From assembly GCA_964234715.1 (NCBI GenBank), contig OZ174284.1: a stretch of 64,000 nucleotides of DNA, one strand, 5' to 3'. This document shows positions 10,080 to 24,193 of the stretch, piece after piece; within the stretch, counting starts at the first letter, position 1, and each line of letters opens with the position of its first letter. The notes below the pieces were generated by a model, which searched no databases, had not been told where the DNA came from, and saw only the letters and a list, made by a program, of their open reading frames with translations. Made by a program: the position numbers and the translations under genes. This DNA is from Podarcis melisellensis (Eukaryota).

Positions 10080-11400
10080 TCTCCCCCGCCGCCACTCCAC
10101 TCCTTGCTGCCACGCCTCAGAACAGCCAGGGAAACGTTCAAGATAGGCCCACAAAGGGCCCTACCCTTTCTCCGTGCACCTATTGGCCGCCCGACGTGTC
10201 AGTCTACGCTCCTCTCTGAATGAGGGCGCATTGGCTGAGCCCATTTCTGCGAGGAGGATGAGAGGCGGGCTAATATGAGAAGCGGGGGTTGAGGCGTCAG
10301 TTGAGATTAAAAAAAAAAAAAGCGCCCTCCGCCTTCTTTAGCAGCACCGCCCTCCTCTTGCGTCGCCATTGGCGGGAGCTGGAGCTCAGTCAGAGCAAGC
10401 TGCCCTTTTTATTGGCCAGCAGTACAGCAGGTGGGTGTTGCTGTCCTTAGCCGCGGCCGCTCCCTCCCGGCTTGAAACCTCGCTGTTGCCGGTGAGTGTG
10501 AGGCGTTGAAGCTGGAACAGCGCGGCGGGTGGGGCGCTGCGACTCTCTCCAAAGGTGCCGGGTACCGAGTCTAGTCTTCCCACAGCGAGGAGCAGGAGCC
10601 GCGGCGGTTCGCCCACCCCACCCCCCAACCTCCCGGGCTTTGGCCAGACTCAGGTGAAATCCTGCTTCAGGGACGGCGCGGGACGGGACGGGAAACACGC
10701 GAGAGATGGCGCTTGGCTTTCAGTTTGGCGCCGGCGGGTTGAGGTTCATCGCGAGGCGGGCGGGCGGGTGTGGCTTAACTTCTAGAATGCCTTCCTTCTG
10801 CCAAGCGGGCTGCAAGCTGTGGGGGCATCGGCTTTGGAGGGGGTGTGTGGAAGCGGGGTGGGGTGGGGGAAGGTGCAGCCATCATCTCTTGACTTCCTTT
10901 CCGCCCGAGGTGGGGGAACGCTGTGCAATTGCCACGCACAGGATCCTTCCCTTGCCGCACCGGCTACCTGTGCTTCCCCTCCCCCAAAATACCTCTTTCC
11001 CCTCCCCCCTACCGCCCCTAACCCCAACAACCCTGCAGGGGAAATGGCTTTAAGACTACCGCCTCTTGCCTCTCCGAGAAAGCAGCTGATCGCGTGCTTC
11101 TCTCGTCCTCTGCTGCCTGTTACTATATCTTGCTCTTGTTGCAAGAGATTAAACCTGCTCGTTCTCTCTCCTCGGTTTGTAGCTGGGGTTGCACCCTCTA
11201 ATCATCTAAGGATTTCCTGCCCCCCTCTCTCCCCCCTTTTTTTAAAAAAAACAAAGCTGGGAAGTAACGGGCAGTATACCGCTTGGCAGCTGTCAGGGCT
11301 CCCGCCTGAGTCACGGGCTGACAACCTTGTTGCAGACATTGCAGTGGGCTTGGCTTCCGCCCGCCGAGCTTGACTTCCTCATTCAGTTGGCGCTGCTTGA
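10080..11400 (+). promoter_or_regulatory. MYH9: CpG island / MYH9 promoter and start of intron 1
   Basis: Abrupt GC- and CpG-rich zone in otherwise CpG-poor DNA. Four inverted CCAAT boxes (ATTGG ~10182, 10210, 10368, 10411) and several GC boxes (CCGCCC/GGCGGG); lies ~20 kb upstream of the first coding exon. Confidence 0.8.
10420..10491 (+). other. MYH9: Probable MYH9 non-coding exon 1 (5' UTR; start position approximate)
   Basis: Strong donor CCG|GTGAGT at 10491/10492 just downstream of the CCAAT cluster; mammalian MYH9 has a non-coding first exon. Confidence 0.6.
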
Positions 11401-13039
11401 GTCAAGCCAGGAAAGGGGGAGGAGGGAGCGACGGGGCAAGACGAAGCTTGCAGGAGGAGAGTCTCTCTGGTAGATTTTGCAGCTGCCCCCGTTCTCAAAT
11501 GGGACCAACTTCTCCTCTCTGTTCAGCCAACTTCCTTTGAATAAAAGGCGGTGAAATGCCCTGATTAAGCAACAACGGGCGTTTATTTCCCTTTGGCAGG
11601 GTGGTTCAAACAAGAGTCCAGCAGTCCCAGGGTCTGTATCTGGAAGGAGCAACTTGTGAAAAGGAAAAAGAAATGGGACAGGATTCCAGCTCATGTGTTT
11701 ATTAGTTGAATGTGGAAAGTGGGAAAATGCTCTGAGGCATGCTACTTCTAGAATATTCTCCTGTGACAATTGTTGCTCTTGGGGAAATACTCCAGTTGAC
11801 TCTAAGCATTGCAATAACTGTGAAGCAAGGATTTTAGAAAGTGGGTTTTCTCTTGCTCTTGTCCCTTGATTGTTGCTATCTTTCAAACTTCTATTTGTGG
11901 TAGAGAGTCTAGGGGATCTGTATTGCCTGCCTGTTTTGGCTATCCCTTTTCTGTGGAGCAGAACTACTTGCTAGTTTCAATACTTAATTGATATAAGGAA
12001 AGTGCCAATGCCCATAGAGACCCACCTTTCTTTTACTGGCTGTGTCTACTTTTTCATTTTGCTCTTGCCTTTACTTCCTTTCTGTGTATAATCTGTGACT
12101 CTAAGGTACTTCCAACCAATGTACACCTGGAGAGTGGAGTCTGCTTTAAGAAGAAGCCCCTGCAGGGCCTGTTTGTAGACAGCAGCAACATCCCTCTAGA
12201 CTAGAGATAAGTGCACAAAGTAACATGCAGGTCTGACTTGCAGGCGTGCCTGAGAAATAAGGACTCCCCAAAGCATTCAGGATTTTACCAATCTGTCAGA
12301 CCTGTGTGCTGCTGGCAAGCAAGATGTGACTTGCATTTTCAAAAAGTAGCATCTGAACTGGCAACAAATGACTCGTATACAAAAGTTTTGTTTGTTTCGC
12401 GGTATAATTACCCTGCAAATAGCCGCAACAGAACTTGGCTGTTAATGCTAACATGTGCATCTGTGACTAATGATTCTACCCATGATGAAACACTAGTTTG
12501 AACTGCATAGGTAAAAAAAAGAATGCTGTGGGTAAAGAGAATGTATGAACCCTGGTCCTCGGATTAACACACTTCTACAACTTCTTAAAAATGTAGTTTC
12601 TTCCCTTAAGCATAGGTGTGACACAACAGAATCCAAAGTAATGACTGTGTAATCAGTTACTGCTTGTATAAAGATACATTATTAGTCACCAGGTGAAAAA
12701 ATGCTATAGTTTCTTATCTTTGCCACTCCAGTGAAAGCTGCAAACCTTTGCACTGGCTAATACTCTCTGACTCATGGACTTGCTGTCTGGAGCTATGACG
12801 TTATACTTGTGTATTCAACTGAAATGAAATAATTGAGATAAATTCTAGTCACTTATCTGTGTGAATGTCTTGGAGGGCCAATACAATTAGCCTGCCATTT
12901 TGAGCCAAAAAGTATCATGTTAGCGGTTGATGTGAGCTGGCTTGTTTCTGTCAGTCTTTGAGGGCAAATTAGGCATATGAATGTAGCTTTTGGAAATAAT
13001 TGCTCAGGAGGAAGCTTGTGTTGATGTAGAACTAGGAGG

Positions 13040-13210
13040 GTGTGTGGCTCAAGCGGTAGAGCATCTGCCTTGCCTGCAGAAAAAGGTTCTGACTCAGGGC
13101 TGGAAATGTTCCCAGTCTGAAAGAGTCTCTGCCAGTCCGTGTGGGCAGTACTGAGCTAGATGGACCAATGTTCTTGACTCTGTATAAGGTAGCTGCCTAT
13201 GTTCCCATGT
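13040..13210 (+). mobile_element. tRNA-derived squamate SINE (Squam-like)
   Basis: Box-A-like GTGGCTCAAGCGGTAGAGCAT head; tail CTGAGCTAGATGGACCAATG...GTATAAGGTAGCTGCCTATGTTCC, shared with 34705-34888. Confidence 0.55.
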
Positions 13211-16200
13211 TACCCTGAGCCCTCCTTGTGGTTCTTGATTGGTTGCAGTAATAGTTACAAGTGTAACCTCCTTGCCAGTGCCTTGTCTAATGCAAAACAG
13301 TGTTATAGACACACCGTTATTATATCCCCCACGATATTTCTTTCAATTGATACTGGGCAATGAGAAATATGTTTGTAGTCCTCTGCAGGCCAGTGCTATG
13401 ATGGGTGTGTGGAACCTGTGGCCCTCAGACATTGCTGGATTCCCAACGCCCATCAGCCCCAGCAAGCATGGCCAGTGGTTGTGGATGATGAGAACTGTAG
13501 TTCAACAACATCTGGAGGGCTAGAGACTCCTCACCCCTCAGTTATGATGACCTTCAAGAGTGGGGAGGTCCCTCAGTAAATGTAGGTAATGATTAACCAC
13601 CACAGGTGACCAAGGGAGTGTTCATCCTTTACTGCAGCCCCAGATTTGCTACCTGTTGCACCTTGGATCAATCCAATCTACTTTTTGAAACTCTGGATAT
13701 TTATTCCCCATCCATCTTCTCCAAGGAGTCCAGAGCAGATAGGGTGACTTGTAGAAGAATTTACACAGGATCAGTTAAACATGCCCAAATTAACTTTTGA
13801 AAGATTTGGATTCAGACCAAAGGGGCAGCATACCAAGTCAGATATAACTTGGTCTGAAAGTACTTGGAATAAAAGGTAAAATTGTCTGAAATGTAACAGC
13901 AAAATAAGCTGTCATCCATGCAAGCCCCATCTGTGTGTTTGAGGTTTCCAAGGATGGGGACAACTAGTAACTAAGGGTAATATCCATTGTTAGTCGTGCT
14001 TAGAATATACATGTTGAAATTGAGAGACGAGTAATTTGTCCATTGATTTCACAGGTCTAATCCATGTATGACTAACACTGGAAATCTCCTTAAGAGTTAC
14101 TGTAATTTGAGAGCCAGAAGTGACCAGTGAGTGAATAAGCATGCCCACTTAACTGCTATTTATTTTTCTAGCCTAAATTGAGATAGGCTTTTTGCACAGT
14201 ACAGTCTTCTTATTTAATTTGTTATGCTTACTGCTGTGGCGTGCTTGCGCAGCATGTGACCTAAAAGTCCTGTATTCCATGAACTCCTGTTAATCCAGAG
14301 AGTTTGACTTGAATTTAGGGCTGGATGTGAAGGGAGAATAGCACATTACATTCTCACTGCAATTTTGAGAGTTAACTTTGGTACATGCTAGTCTTGTCAT
14401 GGACAGCTTCAGATTATTTCCCTTCATGCAGAACCTGAATTCTGTTCTCCTTCCTCCTTGTAAAGGAGCTCATCTTGATTTTGGATATGTCTCCCTTAAG
14501 GGTTCCAAAATTCCTCTGTTAAGAGCTACACTTGGAGCCTTTAATCTCGTATTGCAAAATACTGCCATAAGTGCTCTCTTAAGAGGAAGTCTTGGAGTTA
14601 CTAGGAGTTACAAATACTTGGGGGAAGGAAGAAGTAATACAGTAGACTTTTGAGAAGAATTGGATGCCATTTATTAAATAATGGAATATTTGCCATAACG
14701 GGCATTCAGAGTTCAAAATTAGCTGGGCACCAGTCGCATTTTGCGACTGGCAACTGGCCTCCTGCAACTGGATTGAGATATCAAGGAGGCGTGCTTTGCG
14801 CCTAGCATGTCCACCTGCCTGGCTGTAGTCATCTGGTCTGCTGGGCACGCCCACCAAACACCTGATTTGCCCAGCGGTGCAGCAGGAAAAAACACACTTT
14901 TTTTGCTTCCATGCTGCCACGCTGGGGTGAATCAGGTGTTTGGCAAGTAGAGTGGAAGCAAAAGACGCGTCTTTTGCTGCTGCACTACCCTGCAGACCTC
15001 CTGACTCCCTAGCCAGCCCCCCCCCCCCGTGTGGCTACCTGGTCTGGTAGCAGGGCAGGAAAAAACAAACAAGCATTGCACCTAGACATTTTGTTTTGGC
15101 GCCCACAGCCTAGGTCCCAGGAGCCACATGGCTTCTAGCATTCCTGTTCCAGTTTCTAACACTGGGCATTTTGATAATGTACTAAGATGGATTTAGTTAG
15201 CATGTAAACCATCTAACCTGGAAGCTTGCAATTAACGTGGTAACATTTAATTTTTTGTTTTATGCTGGCCTATGTATTTTTAAATCTACAATATTGAAAT
15301 GTAAATTTAAAAAGAGGGAGAGTCTTAGAAAATATGCTGGATCTCTTCTCTTCACATCTCATGTACTAGTTGATTGCCAGTTTTTAGTGGGGGGGGGGTT
15401 TACTGTCATGTGACCAGATCTTAAATGTTTTGTACTACTATTGTACCATGTCAAGATGCTGCTGGTAGGAATACATATACATATACATACCTACATTCAT
15501 TGAGAGAGAGAGAGCTTGTTTTGTTTTGTGGTATTACACAAGTTTTACCTTCAACTGTTGAATTCTGGCAGAAATCTTTGGCCAAGATTCAACTTCCCAC
15601 CCACTTCGAGTGCATGAGTGAAAAGTGCTTCTGAACATGCATGAGGGAGGGTAAAACTTCAGGTCTGGCAGCAGTCCTTTGTACCTTATGAAGTACCACA
15701 CAATGGAGCCCATGACCTAGAAGGGTGCATGAGTACCCTAAAATAACTTCCACATTTGCTAGATTTTATTTTTTTCACTTTTAAAATTATACTTGTGCTA
15801 GTTTGGATCCTGGTCATTTTATACCTGCTTTTCAGAAAATCTATAACTGGAAACTGCTGCTGAATGGGCATAGCTCAGCCTCCAGTTTGTAGCTGGTGAG
15901 TGCTTGCACTATTCTAATTTTTTTAATGTATTTGGACACGCCAGGTGTTCAGGTAGGCCAGAAACAGGCAGGCATGGAAGATAATGCAAGTTTCTCTCTT
16001 GAGCCTTGGGCAAATGTACACTATTAATAAAAGGGACCATATTTCAGAGTATCTTTATTCTAACCGGTCTCTGCACAAATGGTTAGTAATGCATGCACCC
16101 AAAATGTCACTCGCATAAAAATCTGACTTATAATTACTTACTTTCTAAAAGATGACTTGGACAAATTATGATCTACATAGCGGGGGCAGGTTTTAACTTT

Positions 16201-17162
16201 CTACTCCTACATATCATGCACAGGAACACATTTATTTCTTGTTTAGGATTCCATAATAGGGTGAAATCTCCCAGAGAAGTCCTGGGAGGTACAGGCACTC
16301 CAACAATGGGTACTTGTAAAATTTTCCAGTGCCATAAGAGAAGTCCTTCTTTTTGGAGGATGCTGCTTAGTACTTGGGCCAGATCCCACAAAGCAATTTC
16401 CTTATGAAGCAGCAATTCAGATACTTAGTTGCCGTATTCCTACAAGACTGCTCTGAGCTATCAAATTTCCACACATCCAGCTTGCTAACAGAGCTATGGA
16501 AAATAGTATAGATCCACCTTAACAATAGTGCCTATTTTCATAGATGTAAATCATAATTTGGGCGGGGTTTTTTCATGTGGAGACTTTTCATGGCATGAAC
16601 AGACTCGGTAGCTTAGATCTAGTTGTGCCATGTTTATATGCAAACTATTACCAGCTATCAGCTTTTAGACAAATGTCTTCTCTGATCTGATGTGTGTTCA
16701 CTGTCAATAGCTCCTATCTATGCAGGCTGAAATGTAATAGTACTGGATTGCCTGAAGTAGCATAGTTCTTGTTGACAGTGAATCTAAGATGCCTTTGTTC
16801 TTACCTTGACTTGAAGCACCCCTCCCCGTATGACATATGCGACAAAAGAACATGGAAAGAAGTAGCTAAAGACTTGATGGCAAGAGTACATGGACTGCTT
16901 GTGGTTACATACAATTACAGACTCATCCCTAGAAGTTAAACATTAAGTAATGCATTATTAGTACCAATACCTAATTTTAGATTACTTCTTTCATGTCCAG
17001 CCCTTTGGGATATGTCCTCATCGTTCTGTACATTTGCCTTTGCTGTTGATTTGTATTGAAGGAACCATTATGTTGTTGTGGAATGGGGATGGGGCTATAT
17101 TTTCTCCACAATATAGACTATGGCAAAGTTCTCTCACCCTCCCATTAAGCTTCTGGTATCCT

Positions 17163-17510
17163 GCGGGTGGCGCTGTGGGTTAAACCACAGAGCCTAGGGC
17201 TTGCCAATCAGAAGGTTGGCGGTTCGAATCCCCACGATGAGGTGAGTTCCTGTTGCTCAGTCCCTGCTCCTGCCAACCTAGCAGTTCGAAAGCACGTCAA
17301 AGTGCAAGTAGATAAATAGGTACCGCTCTGGTGGAAAGGTAAACAGCATTTCCATGCGCTGCTCTGGTTCGCCAGAAGCGGCTTAGTCATGCTGGCCACA
17401 TGACCCAGAAGCTGTACGCCGGCTCCCTCGGCCAATAAAGCGAGATGAGCGCCGCAACCCCAGAGACGTCCACAACTGGACCTAATGGTCAGGGGTCCCT
17501 TGACCTTTTA
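17163..17510 (+). mobile_element. Sauria SINE
   Basis: GGGTGGCGCTGTGGGTTAAACCAC...GGTTCGAATCCC...CAAGTAGATAAATAGGTACCGC...GGGGTCCCTTGACCTTTTA; near-identical to the copies at 33258 and 34244. Confidence 0.9.
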
Positions 17511-17772
17511 TCCTGCAAACACTGCTTCCCTGTGTATTTTGAGGAAATGAGAAAAGTCACAGCACACTCATGCCTTTGCCCAAGCCTAAGACAGTATGCT
17601 ATATAGGGCTATATTGAATTGGTTATCCATACACCAATTAGGCATGGGCTCTGAGAGAGGTTTAACAAGAGGATCCAAATGGTTCTGCATACAGTAAAAA
17701 AATTATTGCCTGCCTTGGACTAGGGTAGTTTAAACAACATGGATCCCAGTACCAATTTTCATTAGTCTATAG

Positions 17773-17973
17773 TAGTGGTTCCCAAACCATTTCCCTCTGA
17801 GACCACTTGAACATTGCTGAGGGTCTTGGCAGACCACTTAATGATTCTCCTGCCTCTTAGAGCAATTGTAATGATTATGCTGTGCTAGATGGTGTATGAT
17901 TTTAATTGTATTTTTAGACACACTGGGCCACTTGAATGAAACTTGTTGACCACTTGTAGTTTGGGAACCCAAA
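17773..17973. mobile_element. hAT-type MITE (degenerate)
   Basis: Ends AGTGGTTCCCAAAC ... GTTTGGGAACCC form inverted repeats; internal GACCACTT repeats. Confidence 0.55.
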
Positions 17974-20900
17974 GATTCTAAAAGTTCTAGGGACCTACTG
18001 CTCTGTTAAGAGGTTGCTGCAACTCTTAAATACAGAATGTGCAATCTTTCATGAGTTTGCTAACTTTTGTACCAGGCTACCACTTCATCCAACTTACTTC
18101 TAATGACAGTATCCTAAATTTAATTAAATGCTTGAAAATGAATTCCTTTCAAAATCATGGGAATTTCTTCCAAACACATTCAAATGCATTGATAAGATTT
18201 AGATGAATGCAAAGATTATCTTTAGTATCTCTAAAATAGTACATTTCATCTACTCACCTGATTGAAATAATCACATTCCCCCCCCCAGTGGATGAATACA
18301 GATCTTCAGCAAAAACTTTGAAGTTCTAATTGAGAACCTTGTGTCTTCAGACATAAGCCTGTTGGTATTATGCTTTTAATTCAACCAAAGTGACTGCTAA
18401 TAGAAAATGAGTCCTTCTCACAGAAGCACTCCAATACCATCTTTGCTGTGTGAGAAGCAGCTGGGGAGAGGAGCTGCAAGATATTCAGGAAGGGTTGAAC
18501 CCCTTGATCAGTGTGTCCTCTCCCAATATATGTGATGAGGCCACTCGAAATTAAACCCACACAACTGCTGCAGTGTCTAATATTGCCCTAAGATGCTGTT
18601 AGTGGTAGATTTCGCATAATCACTAATCAGTTTGACAGTGGCACTTGAAATTAGTCAGACCAGTTAGAAAATGCCTTCAACCCAATTAGCTTAGCAGGTA
18701 AGCCCTGCTCCTTACCACTTTTGGCTATGAAGTTCCTTTCAAGTAGAGTGAAGCTACAATTGCTGGACTACACTATGGGGCTTATTTTTCATTTTGTGCA
18801 GTATTATGCAAGGTATTTAAAGTCTAGACTTGATGTTAATGTGCACAGACTAGGTATCTTAGTTATCCCCCAGGTTACTATAGAAGAAATGAAGAGGGAC
18901 AACTTTTGTGCTATACAGTAGTGCTGAAGCTGCTTGGGCATGCATCATGAAAGCCTTGGGAATAATATATATAGTAAAGCCTTTGGGTACTTCCATGGCT
19001 CCAGCCTGCATTAAATTTCTTCTTGCTTCCTCTTAACTAGCTGTTTTTCCACATTTCATATTGTTTAATAGTGTGCTTGCACAAACCTGCTACACGTGTT
19101 TGAAGAGCAAGTTGCGATACAACACAAATAGTATTATGGGTTGTATCCAGCCAAGTTCTGTTCAGAGCACACCCACTGAAATTAATGGACCTAAGTTAGT
19201 CAAGGGCATTCATTTCTATGCGTCTACTCAAGCACTGGATACAGCCCCTAATGCCCTTTTTCTTTTTGTCTGATATGAGGAAGCACAGCTGAGACATCCA
19301 CTAAGAACTTTTTCTTAGAAATGGTGTTTTTAGGCACTGCTGTTCCAGCTTCCAGTTACAGTCTTGCCCAGACCTCCAAGCTACTCTGTCTTATTCTTAA
19401 ACTGTTCTCATCCCCTGAACTGCTCTTTTTTTGTTTCTCCTGCCTGTAACTGAGCCTTTAGTCCTTGAGTTCCCCTCCATCCTATTACTTTCCATATGTA
19501 CAACTTGCAGGAATCTTCAACAATGTTTTTCCAGAATGAGGGGCATATAGTTGGGGTACTCTTTCCCAGTTGGTGCCTTCCAAATGCATGGGATTACAAT
19601 TTCCATCAGGCCTAACAAGCATGGCTAATGATCAGGAACAATAGGAGATGTAGTCCAAAACATATGGAGGGTACCAGACTGGGGAGGGAAGGCAGGTCTA
19701 GGGAATCATGCACTGCCTAATGTTCATAAACTGCTCTTTAGAAGTAGACCTTTGACAAAACATGGCTGAAAAGTGACTAGCTAACTTTTTACCTTTCACC
19801 TATGTCTTCAGCAGTCCCAGTTACAAGCATTTCTTTATTGGAGGCTCCCAAGCTGTTTATGGCCTTTAGGTTATCTTAAAAACAAGCTTGCAACTGCAGT
19901 TTAGCCTACTTGTTTGTGTCCAAGGGCATGCAGTAAAGAAGGGAGGCTGAGCCAGGAATGGTCACTGGAATGTCTGCGTTTGTGCACAACATTTCTCCTT
20001 TGTGTTGGACCAACACTTGCTTTTGGATAAGAGAACATCCCAGGAAAGTAGTGCTGGCAGATGGCAAAGGGCTGTGCCAAAGGGATAGGTAACATTTCTG
20101 AGTAAGCGGTCACAAGGCTTTTAAAAAGTTGTATATGATTATAATTCTGTATTGAAATTTTGGAGAGCTTTTGTTGCTTCAGATACTCTGATGACACTGA
20201 ACGTTCAGAGCTGCTGCTGCTATCTAGAACTAGTGATTAAAAATAGTTATAGTCCCAAGAGCCTGAGGCTGGCTTTATGCTATGAAACTTGCTGTCACTT
20301 TAGCCAAGTTGCCAGACCTTATAAAACTCATAATGTAGCAGGAAATGAGGGATAATTATTACAACATGAAACGGCAATGGTGTAGCTATAGATTCCTGAT
20401 CATGGACAATTATTAGTTTGTTTCCTTTGTGGTTTTGAGAAGTTCAGGATCAGTGGCATTTCTTTTTTTAAAAAAAAGGTTGTCGAAGGCGCGGCAGATC
20501 CTTGTTCCAATCTGAGCCAGACAGTACTAATGTTGGAGCAGTGCTGGTTCCTTCTGTCTCACCCTACCCCTTGCAGCCCTTTCTTGTAGCTGCTTTGGTC
20601 CTATCCTGGCCCTCAGATAGAAATGAATTCAATTCAGGAAGAAAATCACTTGTGGGGAATGCCAACAGCCTCCTCCTTCCTGCTCTTGATCCGTTAGAAA
20701 CCTCTTGCCCTACTTTTCTGTCTGCTCCTGGGATAGTGGTGGTCTGCATTCAGAGACAAGGAGCTACTGCTGCTTGTGTCAGGTATCAAGCTTTTGCACT
20801 TAAATGTGGACCAGAAAGATGATACGGAAGAAATGTCCGTGAAGAGAGAGTGCTTTAGAAGAAAGAAGCTTAGCAATGATGCAAATTGCAGAGTCCGTGA

Positions 20901-23900
20901 AAGAATGAGAAGGCATGATCATAGATGGGAGGGGTGTTGACTCTGACACATACGTCTTGCATGAACTTGACTTGGATGGTAAAACCAGCAGAAGAGGCAG
21001 CCTTGCTTTCAAATCTAAGTAAATGGGAATAGTGTTTCTACCTGTGGCACAGCAGGGAAGCGTTTAGTTATTGGCTCTGATCTGCTGCTGTGGAGGTATT
21101 GTTGGCAGTACTTTGGGCTCCTATGCTGAGCACTCAAAGCCTGCGGGGATAGGAACTTTTGCTTCAATATTGTCATCTCGTGCAATGTCCCAGGCCTGTC
21201 TCTTAAGATCCTGTTGCCCAGGGAGACATAGTGAACTCTAAACCAAACCCTTTGAGCAGCAGGGCTGGGCTGGAGTCTCTGAAGCCACTGCTGTCATCTT
21301 AAAGTGGGATTACTCTACTGAGTGGTCACGAAGAATGTGTTCTCCCTCTGGAATGTTTTCCTTGTGGGCATGCTGTCTCTTTCCTATGCTGAGAAGGCAT
21401 GTATTGCACACATGGTAATAGGAAACAACAGTTTCAGAAAGCATACTATGCTACATTTAGCTTGGAATAAGATATATTCCAAACTTTTTAAGCTTTGGGT
21501 TGCTGCCAGTTGGGCTTAAGTGTGCTGCAGATGGAGTTTGAAACTAATACTGTAACCACCTCTACACCCCTCCCCATAACACAATGCTATTTCCATGCAC
21601 CAGTTCCCATACTCTGTAAGCTGAACTAATTAATATCAGCTTCACTCTTGAGTGCAACGTGTCCCAGGACTTAACTCTGCAGTTGGTCTGTAATGGCAGG
21701 AGTGGCCTGTCACTACTGTGGAGTTTCCATACCACTTTTCCACCCCTGCCATTGCACTTCTGTATTTCAGCAATGGTGATTGTGTGGGGAAAGGGTGGTA
21801 AGACAAAACATGAAAGCTTTGAATGCAAAGTATTTTGCCTTGGCAGTAGTACCCCGCCCCCCAATATCCTAATCTGTTTGCAGGGGTACTTCTGTTTTTG
21901 TTGTAACCACGAGCCCATCTAAGTTTGCATGGGCTCTCTAGTTAACCAGTCGCAAGCCTTCTGAGAAGAAAAGCCCAATCATGGGTTTCTCTTGCCTCCT
22001 GCTATAAGAATGTTTCCCTTTGATACCATACAGAGGCTAGTAATGACTTGTTGGTCTGCAGCTGGCATTCCTCAAGTCCTGTAGAGGTGAGTCGGGAAGA
22101 GTGGAAGAAGGAAATGGTTAAATAATACAATTATTTAATCTAAGAATTGGAAAGCAGCAAAAGCCGAACAATTAATCATGAAAGGAAAGATGAATTTAAA
22201 GTGATGTGGAACTTTTAAGAAGAGTCAGTTAATTTTTTATTAACAGTTGCAACCAATAGGGCCAGAATATGGGGATAATCTTAACATGTGAACCATATGG
22301 CTTGGGTTGCATCTTCTGTTTGTACGTAAAATGGCAGAATTGCTACTGCCTTTCCAATATAGGTACGGTAATTTGTGGACCCTCCCTTGCAACCACACTG
22401 ATACCAAGAGGTTTATGCCAGTTAAATTTTCACATGTATTTTGTGTTGTGGCATATACAATTTATATTTCCTTAGTGCAGAACTTGCTTGACACCAAGTG
22501 AATAGTGCAGTTCATATTTTTGAATGGTGGCAGCCCTATACCCTGGGATAATAAACTAAACTTAAAAATGAGTGCTCTGAAGTAGTGCATCCAAGTACCA
22601 ATCAGCTGGGAAAAAAAAGTAGACTACTTGAATGTTGAGAAAGAGCTCAGATTCCTGGAGAGAGAGACTTTAACAGTTACTTAAGGCTGCAATCCTATGC
22701 TTACTTACCTGGCGATTAGTTCCACTCAACTCACTGGACCTTGCTTCTGAGTAAACCTGTATAGGATTGCACTGCATATCAAATATTATTGTGACACACC
22801 ATATTTAGTTTGTGTGAAAGCCTTGACAGTTATTTTTTCCCACTGTCACAGAAAGGTGCTTCATTGCAGTTAACATTGCTTTTATAAAAAAGTGTGTGTA
22901 TATGTGAGTGTTGTGAAATACTTATCATTGAAACAAAGGCTGTGCCTGTATGAGGAGCAACTTGAACTTGTGAACTATAGAGCCCTCTGGCTTCTCACTT
23001 GTGTTATAATGTGGCTCTCCCAACTCAGCATTCAATTTTGATCTTGCAACTAATTTTCAGTTGCTCTGACTCCTCTTTTACTGTGCAACATCAGCAACAG
23101 GATATTGCTAATCAGAGTGCCTCTCATTTCATAATTTCAAAAGTCAAGGAGTGTACTGCTGTACTTGTCACCTCAATTAATCACTGAGTACTTTCAACAG
23201 ATTTATCTGCTTCAATTGCTCTGTGTTACAGAATGCTCAGGTATGGGGAATACAGTAATGCCCCCATGTACAATTTAATTGGAGAAAATTGGGCATACAG
23301 ACTTCAGATGACAACTTTACATGTCCAAGGGAATTGTGAGACATGAATGTGTTTTTGCCATGTTTGACAAATGAAGCTCAAACATCTTTATAAGCTGTAG
23401 AAATTTCTACATGCCTCTGTCTTTAAGTATTGTAGTTTGTGTGCTTCAGATTTTGAGAGTAATTGAATGTGTTGCTCCTGAGAATCAGAGCCTCAGTTTC
23501 TCTACAGATTCAGGAGAATACCCAGTGAATTGGGCTTTGTCCTGTAAGCAATAGGTTTGAGATCATGATCACATAGTGCACTTTCACCACCTCACCCCTT
23601 GCTTAACCTACACACTGCACTTACCAGTTAGGTAGCATTTGCTGTGTAATTATATCTTACTGCTTCCCCCTCCCCCTTACACTTGAGCAAACCACGCTCA
23701 GACTGCTTGAGCAATAGAAGCTTGGTTCCATCAGAACAAAGTGCAGTATAACTCTGGGAACAACTTTCCCCCAGAAGTTTCATTACAGACTTCATTTGGG
23801 CTATTCTGTTTCAAGGCTTTGCATTTGATTTAGGTGGGAAAGAACTAGCTGCTTAGGTCCTATTAGGGCTCAATAGTTAAATACTCCAAACTGGTGAAAA

Positions 23901-24051
23901 TGAACTGTCATTTCCCCCTGAAGATGAGGCTTTAACTACAACTGAAAAGGTTATTGTCTTCTCACTCTCCAGCAACTTTGCCTGGGGCATGTTGTGCAGT
24001 TACCTATTTGCAAGAGCGTGCAATGCTTAAATCAGGAAAAACTGTGTGGGT

Positions 24052-24193
24052 TAATATTCATTGGATACATTCAAGTAGCATGGTCATTTAGAGACAAAAT
24101 TTCCTGTTTGTTAAGCAGTCTTTCTGCTTATACTCTTTTATATTAATGTGCTGACCTTGATGAGCAATGGCAGAGTCCCAACAGCAATTCTGT
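24052..24193 (+). repeat. Copy 1 of a ~140-bp diverged direct repeat in MYH9 intron 1
   Basis: Aligns by eye to 26377-26523 (TAATATTCATTGGA...AAATTTCCTGTTTGTTAAGCAG...GAGCAATGGCAGAGTCCCAA.AGCAATTCTGT). Confidence 0.85.

Noticed and set aside
10386-11886. Cluster of overlapping ORFs (up to 184 aa) on both strands
   Set aside because: Expected stop-codon depletion in a GC-rich CpG island; no recognisable protein.
17163-17240. tRNA gene (GGTTCGAATCCC box B)
   Set aside because: tRNA-derived head of a Sauria SINE, not a full cloverleaf.
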